Source: the human T2T-CHM13v2.0 reference genome, Homo sapiens. Taken from it: a DNA stretch of 64,000 nucleotides. Below are positions 56,058 to 64,000 of the stretch, in pieces. A program made the position numbers and the translations under genes. A model generated the notes under the pieces. It had not been told where the DNA came from. It did no database searches and was given only the letters and a program-made list of their open reading frames with translations. The stretch's first letter is position 1. Every line of letters starts with the position of its first letter. The stretch is from NCBI RefSeq assembly GCF_009914755.1, contig NC_060945.1; one strand, given 5' to 3'.

Positions 56058-58080
56058 CAGTACATCTTCCTAATGTTTATATTTTAATCGTAATTAATTT
56101 GTTTATTTATGTTTAACAATATAATAAAGCATAGTATGCTTGTCAATTTCTTCCTATTTTTTAATATCTGGGAAGAATTGCAGGCATCATTAATTCATCT
56201 GGAAGTAGTTACCTAAGTTGAAGAAAAGGTTTCTGGCTGAAATGGAAAGGTTGCTAAATTTTAGAATTACAAAATCAAACATGACTCAGGAGAACGTCTA
56301 GCACATAGGCAAAAAACATGTGACTAACTCTGCCAAGTATTTTTGGAATTAAGTAAATGCCTTATTTCATTTAAGAGTGATATTTTCATTGAATGCAAAC
56401 TCTTTACTAGCCCACTCTAATTGCCTATCTTGGAATATATGATAATTGCAATGCATAGGTCAAATAAACTTCCTAACCTGTTCTTGAGCAATTTCAGTAA
56501 GCTTCCTGCAAGTTAAGTGAAAGTATCAAATAAAAAATTGTACTACCCTTTTTTTTCTAATTGGAACATAGTTTTTATTACCACTTTGAGCATTGCTATT
56601 TCATCTGTGATCTTGAAGTAACTACTGCTTGATGACTCTGATAAAGGATAAAGGTCATGGCTAACTTTGTATTAGCATCTTGCTTTTGTCTAGTAACAGC
56701 GTGACCCCTTGCTCTCTGGCATGTTTAAAGAAAAGAAGAGATCTGTGGTATTTATGATGATTGAGAAACTGTAACAATGCCTGGGTAGGGGGTTAATTAG
56801 GAATGAAAATGGCTTGACATCTCTCCAAAACATCTCTTCTGGGAGGTCATTTTCAGAGGAATGCAGACTTATGCATCTCTGAAGTGCTTTATAAAAAGCA
56901 TATTCTTTTAGAAAATGAAGAACCAGTCAAGAACTAGAAAGGATGCATAATGAGTGAAAAGTAATTTGAAAAGTACATTAAGAAATCTAGTAATTCCTGT
57001 CTGTTAAATCAGGCAATTTGCATGTATTTTACTGCAGATATGAAAAAATAATACTAATTTATGGAAGATATGTTGTAATTGATTGTTTCAGTCATTTTTC
57101 TCAGTTTGCACTAAATGAGAGACACTATTTTGTTTGTATTTATGATTAAATTGTGTTCAGAGCAATGAAAGATAATTACAAATTGTCTACCACAGAGTCA
57201 GTTAATTTTATCCTATTCACATCACAAAATATAGACACAGCATTGTTGTGACTACTAAAGAAAGTTTGTTTATTCACTGATTGTCAAGTGAGTATAGGGT
57301 ATGTTAACCACAAGAGAAAATTAAAATAAAATATAAATTTACAAAAAAATACTTTCTACCTTATAGGATCTTACAGTCTACTAGAGGGTATATGATAGTT
57401 TCAAAAATTAATATAAGATAGTAGTTGTTTATTTCCAGCAGTTGATGCTAAAAATACCATCAAAATAACCAGCGTATAAATCAAATTCAAATTGACTCCT
57501 TCTGCAATAGGGGAAACCACTACCTTGACCATCTTAGTAAAGTTGCAGATGGGACACATCAATGGTAGTATATTCAAAAGATATGGAAGATCTCATTTAA
57601 GATGAGTCTTTTCTAAGGACAGACACAATTTAAAAGTAAGAGGCATAATCTTCCATGTTGAAAATAAGGAAAGAAATTTCCCTTCCCTCCTTTTACTTTG
57701 AGTATTTTGTTTATAAAACATGTAATTTTAAGTAATTACTTCCCTCTTTGAAATGTATATATATATCATTTTGAAGACCAGATTGGCATTTTGTCAGCTT
57801 TGTGATCTAGGTTTGTATTTCTAAAGGACCAAGAACCGTCTCTTTGAAAGGTAGCACCACCTTCTCCCAGCTTCTGTGGAAAGTTAGGAGAATATCTTTA
57901 GTGGGCACCTTGTTCCAAGTTGCAAAACTACCTCTTGTCATGAAGATATGAAAAGTTTGTTTCTTCTTATCTAAAGGTCACCCCAATTATCAAGTAAAGT
58001 CAAGAAGAACTCTGTGTGACAAATCATGCTGTCAAGTTCTCTGATTTCAGAACTAGTTATTGTTTATCTTGAAACATGTA

Positions 58081-59056
58081 GAAACGTTCTCTGACTTACA
58101 ACAGTTCAACTGACAATTTTTTGACTTTACTATGTGTATATTAATGGTGAATACTCATACAAACATTCTGTTTTTCACTTTCACTGCAGTATTTAATAAA
58201 TTGCATGAGATATGCAACACTTTATTATAAAGTTGGCTTTGTCATAAAATGTTTTGTCTGTAGCCTAATGTATGTTTTATGAGCATGTTTAAGGTAGGTT
58301 AGGCTAGGCTATGATTCAGTAGGTAGCTAGTCAGACATAAGTGTGGCAGGAGAGGTCCCCCCAAACACCAAACAGGAATGTCAAATGACCATCAGGTGAT
58401 GGTCAGGTGGTTGTTACATGATCTCACTAACATAATAATTGGTCACAGCTGGAACCAGGGAAAGGCAGTCTCCCAAAAGATAGAAACACCTAAAACTAGT
58501 AATCAGCAGCTTTCTGATGAGATATCAGGAGCTGGGTGAGTGGGCTCAAACATGTGCACTAAGAAGCAACATGGCGGCATTTAACTGGTATATGGCCTTC
58601 TTCTACTTGACTAGTAAGGGAAGAATGCCGCAAGTGAGCATGCGTCCAACTCCAGTTAATATACTGCACATGCGGCTCCTCCCAAGTGCTGGAAGGCCAC
58701 TACGTATACAGATTACCAATGTACAAGACCCCAAGTCAAAGGTCAAACTGCACTCGATCTCTCAATTGTCCACTTGGCCCTCTTCCAAGTGTACTTTACT
58801 TCCTTTCATTCCTGCTCTAAAGCTTTTTAATAAACTTTCACTCCTGCTCTAAAACTTGCCTACATCTTTCACTCTGCCCGTGCCCCTCAGTGGAATTCTT
58901 CCTTCTGAGGATACAAGAATTGAGATTGCTGCAGACCCATACAGATTCACCACTGCTAACAGGTTAGCTGTATTAAGTGCATTTTCGACTTATAATGTTT
59001 CCAACATATGATGAATTATTGGAACGTAACCCCATTAGAAGTCAAGGAGTATGTGT
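58081..59056 (-). mobile_element. MER47A-like Tigger MITE split by MER50
   Basis: TTAAGGTAGGTTAGGCTA... / ...GCATTTTCGACTTA...GTAACCCCAT...AAGTCAAGGAG. Confidence 0.75.
58318..58961 (+). mobile_element. MER50 LTR
   Basis: AGTAGGTAGCTAGTCAGACA...GACCATCAGGTGATGGTCAGG...AATAAACTTTCACTCCTGCTCTAAAACTTGCC...CTAACA. Confidence 0.85.
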
Positions 59057-59219
59057 ATATAATGATATGTGTGTTCTTGACTATATAAAAGGGTGAGATT
59101 TCTTTTTGTCTTTGAAATCTTTTAATGGATTGTCTGTAATGCACATCACATTCTTGTTCAATGCTTATTCAATAATAAAAGTTGTGTCTTTCCCTACTAC
59201 CTTTGAAGAAAGGAATTCT

Positions 59220-59527
<308 letters not shown>

Positions 59528-59797
59528 CTAAGTTGAGAGATGATTTTGTTTTACTTATATTTCCCCAGAGTTTCCAACGCACAGGGCCTGTTTGGAACTG
59601 GGCAAAGTTTGTTATATGACATTTTAGAATTCATAGGCACAATGAAAGAACAGCTCTAAGTAAATTTGGAACTGTAAAGATTTGTTTATTCAGCTGATTT
59701 GAGGATATGTTGTTCTGAGGAGGTAAAGTAGACTTGTCTATTGTTCAGATAAATGGACAGTCAGGAAGTTTTTAAGCAAATCATAAAGTTATTACAG

Positions 59798-60488
59798 TGC
59801 TGGCTCAGAAAACAATACTCACAAGTGTGACACTTTGACATGCTGAGCTAAACAAGCAGTTTCGAGGTCTCTCTCTGACCTTCCCCTACCTCCCTGTCTC
59901 TCTGATCTTCTTTATGGAAGCAGCAAGATAAACCCTTCTTGGAATTTCTTTAAGAAAACTTCTTTCCAAAAAAAATGCTATTGCCTTAACATCACCTCTC
60001 TAGGGATCTCATCAAATAACTAGGAAAGATTACCCACAGAAGAAGAGAAGACTAGGAGTTTTCACCATTCCCAGACATATTTGTATCTATTCTTCTTGGA
60101 GCATCTCACTGACAGATTACCTGGGAGGCTTTATCTGCATAATAAGAAAACCTTTGTTCCCAGTGAAGTTTAGCCCCTCACCTACCTGCCACCTCCTTCA
60201 GTGCTGAGAAATATTTTGTCTCATGTCATTGTTCTTTGGGCTTATTCATTTCCCCTGAAAATCATTGATGCCTACATGCCTCACCTATCTCCTCTTGCCC
60301 TATGAAGGAGAGTGCAAAAGCATCTGGAGCTCACTGGGTTATTGAATAACCATTCTTCTGTGATTTTCTCATGCTCTGCATAGTAAATCAATCTGTATTC
60401 CCTTTCTCTTATAAATCTCTGTCTGTCGTCAGTTCATTTTCAGTGAACCTTCAGAGGGCAAAGGGGAAGCTTTCCCTTGGCCCCTGCA
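59798..60488 (+). mobile_element. MER39-like ERV1 LTR
   Basis: GGCTCAGAAAACAATAC...GTGAACCTTCAGAGGGCAAAGGGGAAGCTTTCCCTTGGCCCCTGCA. Confidence 0.8.
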
Positions 60489-60682
60489 ACATCTTCATCT
60501 TCCTGGGTTAAAAACTTTTGGACAATTAAATTCTTGTCAATTGCAGGCAGTAGAGTAGTAAATTCATGTTAGTTTAGACAGCAAACAGTGTCTGTGTGTA
60601 ATGGTTTTAGTCCTCTTGTGTGAAATTGTCATTTGAATGATGGAAGCCAGATGTTGCTGGTGTTCAGGGTAAAGAGACATTG

Positions 60683-61474
60683 TGAGATAGAGCAAGGACC
60701 CCCTTTTGAGGAACCTGAAGCCCCCAAAGCATGGAAATAAAAGAAAATCCTGAGTTCCTTAAGGATAACTTCAGGTACCAAGCTAGCCCCAGAACTAAAT
60801 AAGTAACTTGTTAAACAAGAAGGTAATAGTAGCTTAAAACAATAGCCAAGGAAGTTAGAGTTCTGGAGATACTTGCTTTCCTCATAGAAACGAAGGATAG
60901 CATCTTAACATATGTCCCTGACTTGTCTTTCAGAAACTTGGACCCCCAATGAGGACCTTCACCAAAGGGATTCACGGGCACAGATAAGGGCGAAGTGAAG
61001 ATGAACTTTAACTATTGTCTTTTTCTCTAAATTTCTTCCTGAGGGAATTGGAGAAATCACTCCTCACCCCCAGGCAGTTAATGTTTTTCTACTGACCCCA
61101 AATTTTTAAACAAAACTTCTCTTCCTTAACTAATTGCAAATCAGCAAATCTTAGAATCTGTCTACGACCTGTAAGCACCACCATCCCTGCTTCAAGATAT
61201 CCTGCCCTTTTAGGCCTAAACCAGTGTGTAATCTCCATGTACTGATTTACTATTTTGCCTGTAGCTTCTGCTTTCCTAAAACTTATAACTGCCTTTAAAA
61301 ACACTTGCCTGCAAGCCATTGGGAAGGTTAGGATTTGAGCACTTAGCTGCCTGGTCCTCCTTGCTGGGTTCCTTGCAATAAATGCCTTTCCTTCTTTTGC
61401 TGCAAAACTCCATACAGATACCTGGTTTTACTGTGCTAAGCAAGTGGACCCCCGTTATGTTCTATAATATAACA
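60683..61474 (+). mobile_element. MER72-like ERV1 solo LTR
   Basis: TGAGATAGAGCAAGGACCCC...AAGCATGGAAATAAAAG...TAACA; 4-bp TSD ATTG at 60679-60682 and 61475-61478. Confidence 0.8.
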
Positions 61475-62782
61475 ATTGTATTTCAGTTATGCTGTGATAA
61501 GTATGTTCACAAATTATTGGAATGCATGACTGTTCTTGAAGACTAGAGAGAATTTCAATAGGAAGGAATGAGTAGGAAGGATGTCCCTGCTAGAAATGGC
61601 TATTTGGATGACTAATAAAACTATATGGAATGAAAAGGAGGTAAATCTGAATATGCAACTCCACAAAAAAAATAGCCAGAAATTAGGCTGGAAATAAGAG
61701 AGAGAACCTGATGTTGACCTAAGAATGTTGGCCTTTACTTGGTAGAAATCAGGGGAAAATTTAAATCAAATGTTGACTCAATAAAGACATGTCAGTTTAA
61801 TAAAATCAGTAAATAAACCAGCTAGGATGTTCTTAAAAGCTGGATATATTTTATTGGTTTTAATTATCCAATATTAAAAGATGTCTATAGTAGGGGGTTT
61901 AAGGGTTAGATATTTCAGCTTCTCAACAATTCCAGGATTCTGGGGCAGCTTCATACTATTCTCCTGTTCACAGGACAGCTATCCTGTAGACCTGGCATAC
62001 TATACTCATAAAATTAAGTCAAATCCAATATTTAAGAATGTGGATCTCTGTCTGCTTCTCTCTCTCTGCCTTTGTTGTTGTTGTTGTTAATCAGGAATGT
62101 AAATCTTTTCAGAAATCTTCCAGAACACTGAACTTTAGGTCGTAAGATGGACAGGATTAGGACACATGCCTATGTCCTTGTAAGGAAAGGAGTATGAAAG
62201 TAAAAGGAAAGAAAAAGGAATGAGGAAAAAAAATTATCCTTTTCAGAAATCAAATTATATTCTACAAAGATAGAATAATGTTAAGAAGTTTTATTTTACC
62301 TTCAGAAATGTTATTGAATTGATAGTGATACAGTCATGATAAGATAGAAACAAATGATAATGATTAAATAAAATATCAGAGAGGTTGTGATAATTGTTTA
62401 ATTAGGAAACAATTAAGGTATGCTCTAATCTCATATCTTATTATTGCACAGATTCCAGAGAGATTAGCATAATTAATTGAATAACCTGAAGCCATAAAAT
62501 AGATTCAAATGAATATATTTTTGATGTTGAGATCAGAATATGTCTAATGATAAAAGTGAAATCACAAATGAAAAGAGAGATCACAAATGAAAATATATAT
62601 ATCTATATATATATATGGTTTAATGACATGATAAAAAGATTTAAAAGAAAAATGCTCCAAAAATATTTGCCATTTATTTCATGAGTGATTGTATATTATT
62701 GCTAAAGTCAAAGAGCTTTACAGAATAATTTGTTTTTAAAAACCCACATAATTTTCCCATAAAGGGGCAAAGAGCAGAGACA

Positions 62783-63555
62783 TGTAAACCAAAACCACAA
62801 TGAGATACCACCTCACACCAGTCAGAATGGCCATTATTAGAAAGTCAAAAAATAACAGATGCTGGTGAGGTTGTGGAGAAAAATGAATGATTTTAAACTG
62901 TTTGTAGGAGTGTGAATTAGCTCAACCATTGTGGAAGACAGTGTGGCGATTCCGCAAATATCTAGAGGCAGAAATACCATTCAATCCAGCAATCCCATTA
63001 CTGGATATATACCCAAAGGAATATAAATAATTCTATTATAAAGACACCTGCACATGTACGTTCATTGCAGCACTATTCACAATAGCAAAGGCATGGAATC
63101 AACCAAAAAGCCCATCAATGATAGAAAGGATAAAGAAAATGTGGTACAAATACACCATGGAATACTATGCAGCCATAAAAGGGAATGAGATCATGTCCTT
63201 TGCAGGGACACGGATGCAGTTGGGCGCCATTATCCTTAGCACACTAATGCAGGAACAGAAAACCAAATACCATGTGTCCTCACCTATAAGTGGGCACTGA
63301 ATGATGAGAACACATGGACACATGGGGAGAGCAACACACTCCAGGGCCTGTCAGAGGTCAGGGAGTGGAAGGAGGGAGAGCATCAGGAAGAATAGCTAAT
63401 GGATGCTGGGCTTAATACCTAGGTGATGGGATGACCTGTGCAGTAAACCCCCATGGCACATGTTTACCCATGTAACAAACCTGCACATTCTGCACATGTA
63501 CCCCTGAACTTAAAAGTTGGAAATTAAAAAAGAAAATAAATTAAAAGAATAAAGA
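62783..63555 (+). mobile_element. L1PA11-13-like 3' end (ORF2 C-terminus plus 3' UTR)
   Basis: AAAACCACAATGAGATACCACCTCACACCAGTCAGAATGGC...GCATCAGGAAGAATAGCTAATGGATGCTGGGC...A-rich tail. Confidence 0.92.
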
Positions 63556-63797
63556 ATATTTGTACCTCTATTTTTATTTTGACAACTTTACAATACATAG
63601 TACTGCAAATGAAAAAAATATGTGTAAAGAATAAATTATGAAAGAAAAACTACTAAAACCAAAAATTACAAATTTGAACATGATTATATTTTCTATCATA
63701 TTGTAAAAGGAGAATAAACATGAATATATAAGGGGTGTTAAGGATGTTAAAAATTGGTCCTTCATATTTAGCATGTTGAAACCAATTACAACTATCA

Positions 63798-64000
63798 CTG
63801 TAATCTCAGCACTTGGGAGGCCAAGCCAGGAAAATAGCTCGAGGCCAAGAGTTTGAGACCAACCTGGGCAACACAGTGAGACCCTGTCTTTACAAAAAAT
63901 TTAATAATTACCCTAGTGTGGTGGCACACACCTGTAGTCCTAGCTACTCAGGAGTCTGAGGTAGGAGGACCACTTGAGCCCAGGAGTCTGAAGCTGTAGT
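63798..64000 (+). mobile_element. AluJ, 5'-truncated and cut by window edge
   Basis: CTGTAATCTCAGCAC...GGGCAACACAGTGAGACCCTGTC...TTGAGCCCAGGAG. Confidence 0.85.

Overview
AT-rich primate (human-like) non-coding DNA, intergenic or deep intronic. I see no credible protein-coding exon, RNA gene or CRISPR array; the supplied ORFs are short and nearly all repeat-derived. A large share of the window is transposon-derived: about 14 Alus, L1 and L2 fragments, a decayed ERVL (HERV16/LTR16A-type) provirus interrupted by a THE1 solo LTR, a full-length Tigger1 inside MER119, a minus-strand MER61-type ERV1 provirus, and a dense ERV1 LTR cluster at 53.8-61.5 kb. Subfamily names come from recalled consensus sequences and need RepeatMasker/Dfam confirmation. 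I found no convincing new biological system. The most unusual structures are: (i) a 65-bp fold-back inverted repeat at 14196-14424 whose loop holds templated snippets and telomere-like repeats; (ii) a 99-bp higher-order minisatellite inside an L2 at 13245-13589; (iii) an AluSc at 47634-49008 split by both a ~560-bp local duplication of ERV sequence and an LTR10 solo LTR.
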